Source of the DNA: a virus
Taxonomy: Duplodnaviria > Caudoviricetes
DNA length: 34,417 bases
Reading direction: 5' to 3' (one strand)
Virus record (IMG/VR): IMGVR_UViG_3300033816_000368
Coordinates: 1-34,417 of that record
The notes beneath the pieces are model-generated. The model was not told the origin of the DNA. It searched no databases and saw only the letters and a program-made list of their open reading frames with translations. The position numbers were made by a program, and so were the translations under genes. The number at the start of each line of letters is the position of its first letter. Within the stretch, counting starts at the first letter, position 1. Positions 1 through 10,086 of this stretch are shown piece by piece.

Positions 1-161
1 CTTGTTTGCACCCAAGAAGTGTCACGACCAAAGAGTTGCCACAAGAAACCAATTCCAAGCTGCTCGTCTTCTTGTCCTTGAGGGTTTGTAATTTGAGAAT
101 TTGCAACAACTAAAACATTGATGACGGCATTCTGATCGTCAAGCTGTGCGTAGTGTGCCAT
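1..161 (-). CDS. Hypothetical tail-associated protein, 3' end truncated by window edge (MAHYAQLDDQNAVINVLVVAN...WVQT)
   Basis: Translated by hand. ATG at 161, just after the Gly-rich gene stop, and open to the window edge. The MAH[YF]A.LD.N.V..V.VV...W.QT pattern is common downstream of phage Gly-rich proteins. Confidence 0.75.
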   Translation of the reverse strand, partial: MAHYAQLDDQNAVINVLVVANSQITNPQGQEDEQLGIGFLWQLFGRDTSWVQT

Positions 162-163
162 TA

Positions 164-973
164 TTAAAGAATTGAGTAGCGGATAACAACGATGCCGGAG
201 CCACCATTGCCGGCATAAGAGCCAGGGTGCCCGCCTCCACCCCCACCAGTATTTGTTGTGCCGTTGTGGCTTCCATTATTGGTGTTGTAAACGCCACCAC
301 CTCCACCGCCGCCTGGACCGCCAAAGCCTGGTGAAGAACCAAGGCCGCCGCCACCTCCACCGCCTGCATACGAGAGGTTGGTGCCAGTAATGCTGCTAAT
401 TGAGCCACTTCCGCCGTGGCCACTCTGACTACCACTGCCGTTTCCTCCTGCAGCCGCTGCGCCACCACCACCGCCGCCGGTATAGACGCTGCCCCCTGCG
501 TAATCTCCACTGCCGCCGCTGTTGCCTTGGCCTGCAGTTCCTGCGGCACCACCAGTGCCAAAATTATTGTTGGCCCCACCTCCGCCACCAGATCCGCCTG
601 TCCCGGCAGCGCCACCGCCGCTGCTACCGCGACCTCCCCCGGTTGCGGCAATGCTGCTAAAGATGGAACTGGTGCCATTGGACGCAGATCCACCCGCACC
701 AACTGACACGGTGTAGGTCCCAGTGGCGAGGGTTAGCGTTCCAGCTCTCATGCCACCAGCGCCACCGCCACCAGCGCCGTAGAAGCCACCACCACCACCG
801 CCACCTCCGGCGACAACGAGGTACTCAACCGTGGCTCCCACGGGAACACTATTTACAGTAAATGTATCAGTAGCCGCAAAAGTGTGAATACGAAATCCGC
901 CGGAACTTGTGACACTGCCTCCGGTTGCCGAAATACCGGAACTCCCACCAAGCAACATCTGCTGCATTGACAT
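164..973 (-). CDS. Glycine-rich tail/fibre-associated protein
   Basis: 269 aa with ATGG...HTF, VEYLVVAGGGGG, YAGGGGG, NTGGGGGG and GGSGIVVIRY motifs. Start overlaps the tail fibre stop. Confidence 0.8.
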   Translation of the reverse strand: MSMQQMLLGGSSGISATGGSVTSSGGFRIHTFAATDTFTVNSVPVGATVEYLVVAGGGGGGGGFYGAGGGGAGGMRAGTLTLATGTYTVSVGAGGSASNGTSSIFSSIAATGGGRGSSGGGAAGTGGSGGGGGANNNFGTGGAAGTAGQGNSGGSGDYAGGSVYTGGGGGGAAAAGGNGSGSQSGHGGSGSISSITGTNLSYAGGGGGGGLGSSPGFGGPGGGGGGGVYNTNNGSHNGTTNTGGGGGGHPGSYAGNGGSGIVVIRYSIL

Positions 974-1974
974 CAGCTCAATCCCCCGCCGCTAATAACA
1001 AAGGTATTTGATGCCACACAGAGAAGTGTTGCAATGCCGTACTGAGCCAATGTGCGAGTGCCAGTATTTGCCGTGCCTGTTTGTCTAATCGTCACAGACG
1101 CACCCTGGACAATGCTCTGATTACTTGTGCTGTTGTTGAAGATAGTGATTGCATCTCCAGCTGCAAAGATTCCCGATGGGACCGTGACGCCACCAGTAGT
1201 GATGGAGATACATTTCCCAGCATCAGCCAAGACGAGTGTGTAGGCAGAGACTTGAGGATTAACGGGAATAGATCGGAGGTTACCTTTACCATCAATAACA
1301 GCACCACTGAACGAAGCATTGATACCAGAAACAGTTCCAGTAAATGTAGGAGATGCTAAAGGTGCATATGTGCTTGCCGCTGTGGCTGTGGTTAGGTATG
1401 AGCCTAGGCCGGACAGAGGTGCGTAGGTAGCTGCCGCTGCTGATGTAGTCAGGTATGTCTGATTAAGTGTCCAGACATTACCTTGGCTTGAGATAGTAAT
1501 ATCACCTTTGTTCCCATCGGCAATGCCCGTAGTATTGAACGCTAGGGTGTCAACATAAGATTTACTTACGGCCTGGCCAGATTGAGTGGGGGTGGGAACA
1601 ACTGGGGATTGAAGAAAAATCCAGACACTATCAATGGTTTGATTGGTGACATTCTGAATCGAGTAGTTAGTAACTTCTTGGACTTTATACAGAGTCTGCG
1701 TGAAGTTATCGTTCAGGTCCGAAGACCGGATAGCAGAACCCGGATAGAACGTTGACTGAAGATTGGAGTCATCAGTCTGCCTGTAAATACGTATCGCAGC
1801 TCCATTGTCCGGAGCCGTTGTGAATTGGATAGTAGTGGCGTTGGCTAGAGTGTATGCAGTTGTAACCGTACCATCCAAGGAAACCTTGATGTCGGTTGTC
1901 TCAAGATATGGAAAGGTGAAGGCATAGAGAACGGTTGAACCGTTCCCTGTGTAGGTATTTTGGGTTGTTGCCAT
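973..1974 (-). CDS. Tail fibre protein (T7 gp17-like N-terminal anchor)
   Basis: N-terminus YTGNGSTVLYAFTFPYLETTDIKV...IRIYRQT...FYPGSAIRSSDLNDNFTQ matches the T7 tail fibre anchor. Lies directly after the gp16-like gene. Contains a short YLTT.{4}TYAPL repeat. Confidence 0.9.
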   Translation of the reverse strand: MATTQNTYTGNGSTVLYAFTFPYLETTDIKVSLDGTVTTAYTLANATTIQFTTAPDNGAAIRIYRQTDDSNLQSTFYPGSAIRSSDLNDNFTQTLYKVQEVTNYSIQNVTNQTIDSVWIFLQSPVVPTPTQSGQAVSKSYVDTLAFNTTGIADGNKGDITISSQGNVWTLNQTYLTTSAAAATYAPLSGLGSYLTTATAASTYAPLASPTFTGTVSGINASFSGAVIDGKGNLRSIPVNPQVSAYTLVLADAGKCISITTGGVTVPSGIFAAGDAITIFNNSTSNQSIVQGASVTIRQTGTANTGTRTLAQYGIATLLCVASNTFVISGGGLS

Positions 1975-1976
1975 TA

Positions 1977-4900
1977 CTACTTACCGTTTGGAAGGTTAAG
2001 GACTTGTTGCATCTGATCGGCATCGTTATAACGACCCTTCTTCCGTAGCTCCGCAAGTGCGTTAGCAGTAGCTTCTCGCTGCAGGATGGCACTGACTTCT
2101 GGGAACTGCGTCATCTGTACCCAAGCCTGACGCTTGGCGTTTTTAAAGATGCTATCGACTGCTTGGTAGTGGACATATGTCGAAGCTTCAGTCAGCTGAC
2201 CTGCATCACGATCCTTTTCCATCTTCTGGATCGAAGCCATCATCTGTTGACCAGTCTTCTTGCCGTAGAAGAGTTCAGTCAGTTGTGCTTCGACATTCTG
2301 TTTTCCGATAAGCATCTGCCATTTACTCTTTAGTTGACCAGGAATAGGTCCACCATCAGGCTTGGTGTTGACCGAGACTTTTACGTCATACAGCGACCGC
2401 CACAGTGTTTGACGAGTGGCAGTGGGGGCAGTATTCAGTTGGAACGGCATCACAGCATTCCAAGTCCGAGTACCCCAGTCGTACAGCTTCAAGGGTTCAC
2501 CATTGAGCGTGTCGTATTTGTAGGGAAGCTCAGCAAGTTCTCCTGCCCACAGGTTACGGTTCTTCAGACTGTCTCGGAAGCCAGCCTCAAGTTCACGCAT
2601 CCCAGGGTTGAAGTATTTACCAACTTCATTCCGCATGCTTGACATAGGAATGTAGCTGTTCAGCATACCTGCGGCAACAGAGCCGATCTTGTCAGCATCC
2701 CGGGCACCCATCAACTCAGTAAGTTGAGAAAGCCCAAAGAGGAATGACTTATTGACAACGTTTGCTTGTACCAGATACCACAGGCGACCAATCATCTTTT
2801 CACTGAATGCTTCACCCATTTGTTTTTGAGTGTCGCCTACGTCAGCAACCATTGCGAGGAAGCTGTTGAATGGTTCAATCGAGTCGTAGCTGACAAACTT
2901 ATCGCCAACCATGATTGACCTAGGTTGCCACCCTTGTCCGATCCATGCATCCCTAAGTGTCTTGTCTTCAGGTCCATTACCAGTAAGACGGCCGGACATG
3001 TACAAACCACCAGCAAGGAAGATGACGGATGCACCCATTGCTTCACGGCCAGCAATCAATGCTTTAGCTGCTTGGTGATCATCAGCAGTAGAGATGCCGT
3101 ACTTCAACAGGTCAGGGTGGCCAGTTGGAAGGTTCTTGACTGCTGAGACCTCTTCGACAAACCGGTTCAGAAACGGTGTGTGTTTACCAGCCAGTTCAAG
3201 TGCGTTGTAGCCTGTCCGAGTGAACAGCATGAACGGCTTAGTGAACGGGTGAGCAGCAAAGGCTTGCTCTAAACGTTCCACAAGCTTGGGAATATCATTT
3301 GTCATTGCAGCTTCAGATGCTGAGTACTTAGCCATCTGATCTGTCAACATCCCACGTTCATCAAAGACCTCGTCGTAGAAAGCAGTTTCGTATCTGCTTA
3401 CAAGGTCTGGCATAGCAGCTTCATCTACAACTCGACCTGACTCGACCAAGGAGTCGTAGGCTTTGTGGTAGGCAATCTCACGCAACCTGGCACGACCAAT
3501 CATGTTATGGAAGGCCATGTCGGACGCGGACATAACACGTGAAGACCATGTGAGGAACGGGTTATTGTTCATCCACCGCAGTGTGTTCGCCCAGCCGTAA
3601 GCAGCTTGGTGGGCATCAGTACCACGGTTCTTGACCCACTCACCCATCGCTTCCCATTCAGCATCCGTATCGGTACGGGTGTAGTTGGTAGCAATGGTGT
3701 TCAGGTCGGGGATCTCGTTCCCGCTGAAGTTAGATTTGAGTTGATGACGGAAGATCTTCCATGATTCACCAATGCTGTCGGTCATACCGTTCAGCGATGC
3801 CCAAGCACCTCGTAACGCACGTTCGTCGCCACGCAGCATTGCACCCATCGCGGTCTGTACTGGACGTGTGAAGGTCACCAGGCCCGTACCAAAGGCTGCA
3901 CGGAGCGGCGTCTTGGGACCAGAAATTGTGCTGTGGATGATCAGGGAGCCAAGCTCTTTCTGGATAGCACTTTGATGGCGGATATCACCATCTTTGTAAC
4001 CAGTCAGCTTGTTAGCGAAGAACTCATCAACGTCAGCCCAAGTGGACAACTTGTCGTTCATTGAGAACGCATCGGTCACCAGCTTGAGCAGTTCATCTGA
4101 AGTATCGTTGTCAATTGCTTCACGGATGAGTTCTTTGATGTTCCGTTGACTATCGGCAATCTCAGTTAGCTTTGCACCGATTTCAGTCTTTGCTGGAGGT
4201 TTGACTGTTGTCTCACCATTCAGGTACTTCAGGTTGCTCAGTGCAGTACTACGGAGATACCGGCTTTGCTTGAGACCAATGCCAATAGCCGTGTAGCGGT
4301 CCAGCATTTGATCAAGTGTCCCATCCTTTACAGTGGGGTCTACCTGATCCATGATTGAGCGTTGAAGCTGTGCATAGTCACGCAGCTCGCGGTTCAGAGT
4401 ACCGGTCAGAACAGCAGCCTTGAGGTGGTCAACATCTGAGTAGAAATCAACTCCTGCATACCGCCCGTACTCGTCGTAGTTACGGGTGAACAGAGATTCA
4501 AACTCAGCATCAGTCATGTTGGCAATAGTCTTTCGCCCAGCAATGACTTCGTCGAACTCACGCATGACCTGCGGAGCCAGCTCATCGATGGGTACACGAT
4601 TGGCACGTAACTGCTCAATGGTCTGACGGAAGATCGGATCACGATCAACCCGCTTCATGTACTCCTCTTGGGTAATTGGAGTTCCACCGGGCGTGTTGTT
4701 AATCCGCTCTAGTTCGTTCTTAGTGATGAAGTTATTTGGCGTACCATCCATCTCCGACCATTTGGTTGACATGTGATGTGTACTTTCCAAGGTGTCCACA
4801 ATGGACCTTGTAGTGCTGTTGGCACGTCCCTGGTGGACATCACCACCTTCGTTGATGTAGGAATCAAACCCACGTTCACCATCGGGGTCAGCCTTCAGGC

Positions 4901-6059
4901 GTTCAATACCGTTGTTGATTTCGTTGGCTTCTTGGGACTCCTGACGCTTTAGCGCTGGGTGCTTGTCGCTAGCCCAGTCGTAACCAGCCTTACGGGCATA
5001 GGCCTGTTTAGCGGCGTACTGCTCGTCAGCAGACATCTCCTTCCACTGCTTGTTGATCGTCGGATCAGCAGTGAAAGCTTTCTCCACATCACGCTGAGTA
5101 CCAGCAGTAACTTTGAAGTCAAGCTGATCTGTAGCAGCCTTACGCATCGATGCATAGCGGCTGTCGTTCGGGTGTGGTACGGGAGCTTTCGTTTCACCAA
5201 CACCACCACGCTTACCGAGGTTGGTAGTGACCTTCTTGACTCCAGCACCAATACCAGATGCTGCAATATCGAGTACAGGACCAGCCCCCATCCCCTCCAG
5301 CATGTTGTACAAGGAACGCTGTGCTGGGCTCATTTGCTCATGAGTTGCAAACGGCTTTAGCGCATCTTCCCAGTCAGGCCGCATCTTGATCAGATCAGCT
5401 GCCATATTGGATTCAGTGGACGTGCTGGCGATCAGGTCAGCAGGAGCACCTACTACAACACCGTGTAGGGCGGTTCTACCGAGGTTCTGAAGGGGTTGAC
5501 CCTTAACCATCGGAGAACCCTTAGCAACGTATTGGAGGCCCTTACCAACGACGTTCCCAGTACCTGCAACCTTCGATAAACCACCAGATGCCTTCCGAGT
5601 CAGGGCCATAAGACCACCGAACTCAACAGCACCACGAAGGAACTTACCCCAAACAGTCTTATTGATGGGCTGCTCATCAGGGTTGAATGGCAACCAAGCA
5701 GGACGGTAGGGACCGCTTGAGGTTTGATAGAAGCGAGGATCAAAGATCTTCTGTGGCACAGCTGCTACAGAGTTGACAACGTCCTGTGCTCCACCAACAA
5801 CAGCATTCTGGGCTTCTTGGAAGTTCTCCTTCAGGCCGAACTGCTTTGGATCCTTTGTATCAAAGCTTGTTTTAAGTTGACCATCAGGTTTGACTAGGTC
5901 AGCCTTTTGATCATATTGCTGCGCTTCCTGTTGGACCTGACCTTCAAATGCTTGGGTACGCGCAGCCTCTTCTTGTGCATAGTTCTGGGAATCAATGACC
6001 TGCTGTTTTAAGGCATCCTGATCCCAGTCTTCTTCAGTAAAGTTTGAATTAGAAAACAT
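1977..6059 (-). CDS. Internal virion (ejectosome) protein, T7 gp16-like
   Basis: 1360-aa ORF in the syntenic position between the gp15-like and tail fibre genes. Confidence 0.8.
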   Translation of the reverse strand: MFSNSNFTEEDWDQDALKQQVIDSQNYAQEEAARTQAFEGQVQQEAQQYDQKADLVKPDGQLKTSFDTKDPKQFGLKENFQEAQNAVVGGAQDVVNSVAAVPQKIFDPRFYQTSSGPYRPAWLPFNPDEQPINKTVWGKFLRGAVEFGGLMALTRKASGGLSKVAGTGNVVGKGLQYVAKGSPMVKGQPLQNLGRTALHGVVVGAPADLIASTSTESNMAADLIKMRPDWEDALKPFATHEQMSPAQRSLYNMLEGMGAGPVLDIAASGIGAGVKKVTTNLGKRGGVGETKAPVPHPNDSRYASMRKAATDQLDFKVTAGTQRDVEKAFTADPTINKQWKEMSADEQYAAKQAYARKAGYDWASDKHPALKRQESQEANEINNGIERLKADPDGERGFDSYINEGGDVHQGRANSTTRSIVDTLESTHHMSTKWSEMDGTPNNFITKNELERINNTPGGTPITQEEYMKRVDRDPIFRQTIEQLRANRVPIDELAPQVMREFDEVIAGRKTIANMTDAEFESLFTRNYDEYGRYAGVDFYSDVDHLKAAVLTGTLNRELRDYAQLQRSIMDQVDPTVKDGTLDQMLDRYTAIGIGLKQSRYLRSTALSNLKYLNGETTVKPPAKTEIGAKLTEIADSQRNIKELIREAIDNDTSDELLKLVTDAFSMNDKLSTWADVDEFFANKLTGYKDGDIRHQSAIQKELGSLIIHSTISGPKTPLRAAFGTGLVTFTRPVQTAMGAMLRGDERALRGAWASLNGMTDSIGESWKIFRHQLKSNFSGNEIPDLNTIATNYTRTDTDAEWEAMGEWVKNRGTDAHQAAYGWANTLRWMNNNPFLTWSSRVMSASDMAFHNMIGRARLREIAYHKAYDSLVESGRVVDEAAMPDLVSRYETAFYDEVFDERGMLTDQMAKYSASEAAMTNDIPKLVERLEQAFAAHPFTKPFMLFTRTGYNALELAGKHTPFLNRFVEEVSAVKNLPTGHPDLLKYGISTADDHQAAKALIAGREAMGASVIFLAGGLYMSGRLTGNGPEDKTLRDAWIGQGWQPRSIMVGDKFVSYDSIEPFNSFLAMVADVGDTQKQMGEAFSEKMIGRLWYLVQANVVNKSFLFGLSQLTELMGARDADKIGSVAAGMLNSYIPMSSMRNEVGKYFNPGMRELEAGFRDSLKNRNLWAGELAELPYKYDTLNGEPLKLYDWGTRTWNAVMPFQLNTAPTATRQTLWRSLYDVKVSVNTKPDGGPIPGQLKSKWQMLIGKQNVEAQLTELFYGKKTGQQMMASIQKMEKDRDAGQLTEASTYVHYQAVDSIFKNAKRQAWVQMTQFPEVSAILQREATANALAELRKKGRYNDADQMQQVLNLPNGK

Positions 6060-6064
6060 AAGAG

Positions 6065-9000
6065 TTAGGCATTAGTGCCATGCAAGAATTGGAAGCGTCT
6101 TCCATCAGGAAGTTGAATAATTAAATGGTCGGTGCCGCCATCACCTTTGAAGCTACCGACAGCGACCGCACCGTTCTTCAGGCGTACAGGAGTGCCTGCA
6201 GGGGCTGCATAATCGATTCCGTAAGATGAGCGGGAACGTGACCTATGCTCTTTTTCACCATCAGTAATTACTGTGCCCTTAGAAAGGGGTTTCCATGCAC
6301 CTTTTGTCTGAACCTCAACATACTGATCGAGTTCAGTGGTGGCAATTGGAACGCTGCCGGTTGATTTCATCGTTCCACGATCCACACGTTTCAGATCTAG
6401 GTGTGGTCCAGTGGAGCCGTAACCAAGGCTGCCGATCTTGTAAACGACACCAGTTCGGATGTTTTCTGGTTGTCGCCACATGTTGGGGCTATTAAGGCGA
6501 GCTTTAACCGTTTCAAGGCGTTTTGCAAGGGTGGCACGGCTTACCTTTTCAAGACCAGACCACTCATTGCCCATCCCGACAATCGCTTCACTCAGCGTTC
6601 CAGAGCCACTGAAGAACCGCCCAGCACGTCCACGAAGCAGAGCGATAGCAAGCTTGTCTTGAGTTGCAGCGTTGAATGGATCGTTTAGGTTGACTCCGGT
6701 TGAGCCGTAGCTACCGGCCATCAGACCACCAAGTGTCTTGGCAATGATTTGATAGCGGCCAGCAGCATGGACCTTCCTACCCTTTTGAAGCTCCATTATC
6801 TGTGCGACTGTCATGTTTGACAGGCCGACTCCAAATACATCTTTTGAGTTTGCAGAACCAATTGGTTCGTGAGCACTGTATCCACCACGATTCATTGCGT
6901 CGTAGTGACCGTATGCAGCACTCTCTTTGTCAGCAATCAAATTGAGCAGTTCACGGTATGGATCCGGTCCATTGTTCATCCCAAAGGATTGGTAGGTATT
7001 TGCAGAGGATGGACGATATTCAAGAATCCTCCGTTGGTACGGTGAGAGACCCTGACGTACCTCCTCCGAATACACCGGCTGAAGTGGATCTATCCCAGCA
7101 GCCTTCAGCTGTGCATTTATGATGTCAACAGGAGACAGTGATGGAGACTTAGCAGCAAGTGCAAAGATGATTGGAGGAAGTGAACCACCCCGACCTGTAG
7201 CAAATGCTTGAAGCTGCTTCATTTCTGGGGCAGTCAGCTTGACGTTGTTCTCCAGGTACTGAGAATCTTTGTCGATGCTGGCTGCAATTGCTCCGACACG
7301 CTGGACCTCTTTGACATAGGTGTTAGCCTTTCCCATCCCGACATATGGATTAAGAGACCCTATGTCGTTAGTCATTGCAAATGGACCTTTACGGGACTCT
7401 TTCCCATCCCACAGGAGGTTGTTGACGTATTCAGAAGCAGCGCCTATGGCTCCAGCTTGGTTACCCTTTCTGATCTCATCAAGAGCCTTGTCTTTGAAGA
7501 CACGTTCGATTTCAACTTGAACCCACTTATAAGCACTAGAGTCCTTCTTGTCAGCTCCTGTCTGCTCAAGCAATTCAGAGGCACGTGCATTGAGAATCCC
7601 AAGCTGTGCTTTCATTGCCGTCTGATCAATAGCGCCAAGCTTGTCACCGTTAGAGGCGGCATCTTTGTACTTCTTGATTAGTGTCTCCGAATACTTCCCT
7701 GGACGCAGGAGTTCTTTTGATGTAAGAAGTCCTCGGTTGCTCAGGTAAGTTAGGTGTTGGTCGGCAAGAGAATCGGCGAGCTTTGTAGATGTACGGGATT
7801 CAATGCTGGATAGGAACTGTGACTGCTTGCCACCAGTTGCTTTCGCGTATTTCTCCTTGGCTTGCTCAAGCTCTTCATCGGAGAAACCTTCGGCTTCATA
7901 TTTCTGTTGGAAGAGGTCGTCCAGTTCCTCACCAGCCAACGTGTCTTGGAACTCTCGGTTCTGGTACGCCTCCTTCTGACGGGCTGTTAAGGCCTTCTCT
8001 ACATCACCTGCATAGAGAGCGAACGTGTCGGAGACCTTCCGAGTAGAGCCGTCATTGTGGGTGTAAGAGTGACTCTTGATCTTTTCCCACACACCAGGCT
8101 CTAGCAAACCATCAGTGGCCAGCTTCGTCAGGTGCTTAAACAGTTCACGACCCTTCTGACCTAGGAATGGCGACTTACCATCAGCACCAACACCAGCCTC
8201 ACGTCGAACCCAATTCAGGGCACCTTCACCGGCTGTTTCTGGATCAGAAATCATGGAGCGAAGATCATTGAGCTTCTGCTCCTCCATATCCTGTTGCTTT
8301 ACCTTGTAGAGTGTTTCAAGGTATTGAGCTTTTTCTGTTGTTTCCTGAAGACCCATCTTCGGGAACAGGTGCTCATTCAACAGAATTGGATTGATTCCAA
8401 GGAACTGCTTTTGGAACTGGGTGCGAAGCAGGGCATTAGCGGTCTCCCAATCGGCTTCACTTTTGGCACCGTTAAGCGTTAGACCGGCCTCATTCAGTTC
8501 TGTGTCACCGTTCTGTGCTCGCCACAGCGGGTACTCCATCGCACCTTGGATGGCGTACATCTTTGTCGCGCCGTACAGCTTACGACCAGACAGGTTGGTT
8601 AGCTTTTCAAGTACGTCAACCGGAGTACCTTCAAACTCAAGCTGGTTTACAACACGTTTAACTGTTGCATCAGCTTGATCCAGCTTGGCAATGCTCTCCT
8701 TGTAACGTTGGAGTTTTTCAGGTGAGACCCCGTATTGACTCACGAGGTTCATGCCCTCAATTTCATCAGCCTCATCCTTATTCTTTTGGTAGTTGAGGAC
8801 TACCTTGTTAAGGGATGGTGCTAATGAAGCTAGGGCACCAACAGCTGTGATGTTGTTTTCTAGGTTCTGCTGGTTACGTACAGCGTTTTCAACGTTCGTC
8901 TTGAGGTTCTGCTGAACACCTTGTTGGTAGCGTTCCCGACTCCTCTGACTGAATTCAAAGTTCGCATCACGATTCTGTTGCTCGATCCTTTGCCGTGTTT

Positions 9001-9172
9001 CTTGACCAGAAAGATAAGCATCCCGGTTGCTACGCTCGATCTGTTGATTCTCTCGCATCTGCCGTAGCAGTGCCTGGCCTTGCTGACCTATCGATTCAAC
9101 ATTAGCGTTAGAAACCTGGATGGGGTTAAAACCTCTCTCGCGGGCGTACCCTTGATACCTGATTTGTTCCAT
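6065..9172 (-). CDS. Internal virion protein, T7 gp15-like, with C-terminal lysozyme-like and permuted M23-like domains
   Basis: 1035 aa, assigned by synteny. Has IADKES...YDAMN...HAAGRYQII (lysozyme-like) and STGPHLD / GIDYAAPAGTPV (M23-like) motifs. Confidence 0.8.
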   Translation of the reverse strand: MEQIRYQGYARERGFNPIQVSNANVESIGQQGQALLRQMRENQQIERSNRDAYLSGQETRQRIEQQNRDANFEFSQRSRERYQQGVQQNLKTNVENAVRNQQNLENNITAVGALASLAPSLNKVVLNYQKNKDEADEIEGMNLVSQYGVSPEKLQRYKESIAKLDQADATVKRVVNQLEFEGTPVDVLEKLTNLSGRKLYGATKMYAIQGAMEYPLWRAQNGDTELNEAGLTLNGAKSEADWETANALLRTQFQKQFLGINPILLNEHLFPKMGLQETTEKAQYLETLYKVKQQDMEEQKLNDLRSMISDPETAGEGALNWVRREAGVGADGKSPFLGQKGRELFKHLTKLATDGLLEPGVWEKIKSHSYTHNDGSTRKVSDTFALYAGDVEKALTARQKEAYQNREFQDTLAGEELDDLFQQKYEAEGFSDEELEQAKEKYAKATGGKQSQFLSSIESRTSTKLADSLADQHLTYLSNRGLLTSKELLRPGKYSETLIKKYKDAASNGDKLGAIDQTAMKAQLGILNARASELLEQTGADKKDSSAYKWVQVEIERVFKDKALDEIRKGNQAGAIGAASEYVNNLLWDGKESRKGPFAMTNDIGSLNPYVGMGKANTYVKEVQRVGAIAASIDKDSQYLENNVKLTAPEMKQLQAFATGRGGSLPPIIFALAAKSPSLSPVDIINAQLKAAGIDPLQPVYSEEVRQGLSPYQRRILEYRPSSANTYQSFGMNNGPDPYRELLNLIADKESAAYGHYDAMNRGGYSAHEPIGSANSKDVFGVGLSNMTVAQIMELQKGRKVHAAGRYQIIAKTLGGLMAGSYGSTGVNLNDPFNAATQDKLAIALLRGRAGRFFSGSGTLSEAIVGMGNEWSGLEKVSRATLAKRLETVKARLNSPNMWRQPENIRTGVVYKIGSLGYGSTGPHLDLKRVDRGTMKSTGSVPIATTELDQYVEVQTKGAWKPLSKGTVITDGEKEHRSRSRSSYGIDYAAPAGTPVRLKNGAVAVGSFKGDGGTDHLIIQLPDGRRFQFLHGTNA

Positions 9173-9189
9173 CTAAATCACTGTAATAG

Positions 9190-10083
9190 TTAACCTGTGT
9201 ATTGAAGGTTCTTAGGAAGCACTGAATTGAATAGACCGCTGGTGTATCCACCGGCAATCCCATTTGCCACACTTGCTGCCATAGTGATACCAGAACCACC
9301 CTGTACGGTATTCGTACCTTTGATTGGCTTGGGCGGCTTGCGTGGTTTCCGTGGATCCATGACCACAGCCCTAGGCATCTTCAGTGGTGCGCTCGGGTCA
9401 GGTCCCTTCAGTGGTGCAAGCATCCGTCGAGCGTTTGCTGCTAGGTCTGCCCCGTACTTCTCCGTGTCAATCTGGCGGTTAGCAATACGGTTCTCCTTAG
9501 TAGCACTCACAAGGCTTTCAGCAAGGATTGCCTGGTTTCTCCCGTATCCAGCAATAGCTGAAGCCAGAGCTTTACCAGCGGACCGTCCAGAGCCACCAGA
9601 GGCGACGACCTGACCTTCTTCCTGCAGCATCTTGACGAACATATCTTGCTGGTCAAATGCCATGCCAGTCAGGACTTCTTGAAACTTCCTAGCTTCAGCT
9701 TCACGTGCAACACCAGCTGCCATGTTGTTGAAACCCATCTGCAGTTTATAGTTCTTCTCAGACTGGTTAAACTGCCGGACTTCGTTATCGTAGCCAAACT
9801 TGCGGATTGCTAGAGTGTCCCGATAGTTACGTAGGTTTGTCTCGTCCTGCCAAGCAAGGTTTGCTTCTTGGTTGCTGCGCGTGTTGGCAGCTTCCTTTTT
9901 GCGGTATTTGTAATCAAGACGTGTGTCTTTCCAGTTGAACTGGTACTGACTATTGTCGTATTTAAACTGGTTGTCGATCCTTTCCTGCTCAGCACGTCTT
10001 GCGGCATTGGCTGAGGAGTTAGAACCGATTGCACCAAATATTGTAGAGCCTAATCCAAGGACGGCCCCCAATGGAAATGCCAT
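9190..10083 (-). CDS. Internal virion protein, T7 gp14-like
   Basis: 297 aa with a hydrophobic Gly/Ala N-terminus, coiled-coil body and G.SGRSA motif. Follows tail tube B. Confidence 0.7.
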   Translation of the reverse strand: MAFPLGAVLGLGSTIFGAIGSNSSANAARRAEQERIDNQFKYDNSQYQFNWKDTRLDYKYRKKEAANTRSNQEANLAWQDETNLRNYRDTLAIRKFGYDNEVRQFNQSEKNYKLQMGFNNMAAGVAREAEARKFQEVLTGMAFDQQDMFVKMLQEEGQVVASGGSGRSAGKALASAIAGYGRNQAILAESLVSATKENRIANRQIDTEKYGADLAANARRMLAPLKGPDPSAPLKMPRAVVMDPRKPRKPPKPIKGTNTVQGGSGITMAASVANGIAGGYTSGLFNSVLPKNLQYTG

Positions 10084-10086
10084 CTA

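Noticed and set aside
139-716. Alternative ORFs and GCC/ACC-rich repeats in the Gly-rich gene
   Set aside because: These are by-products of poly-Gly codons, with no regular repeat-spacer structure.
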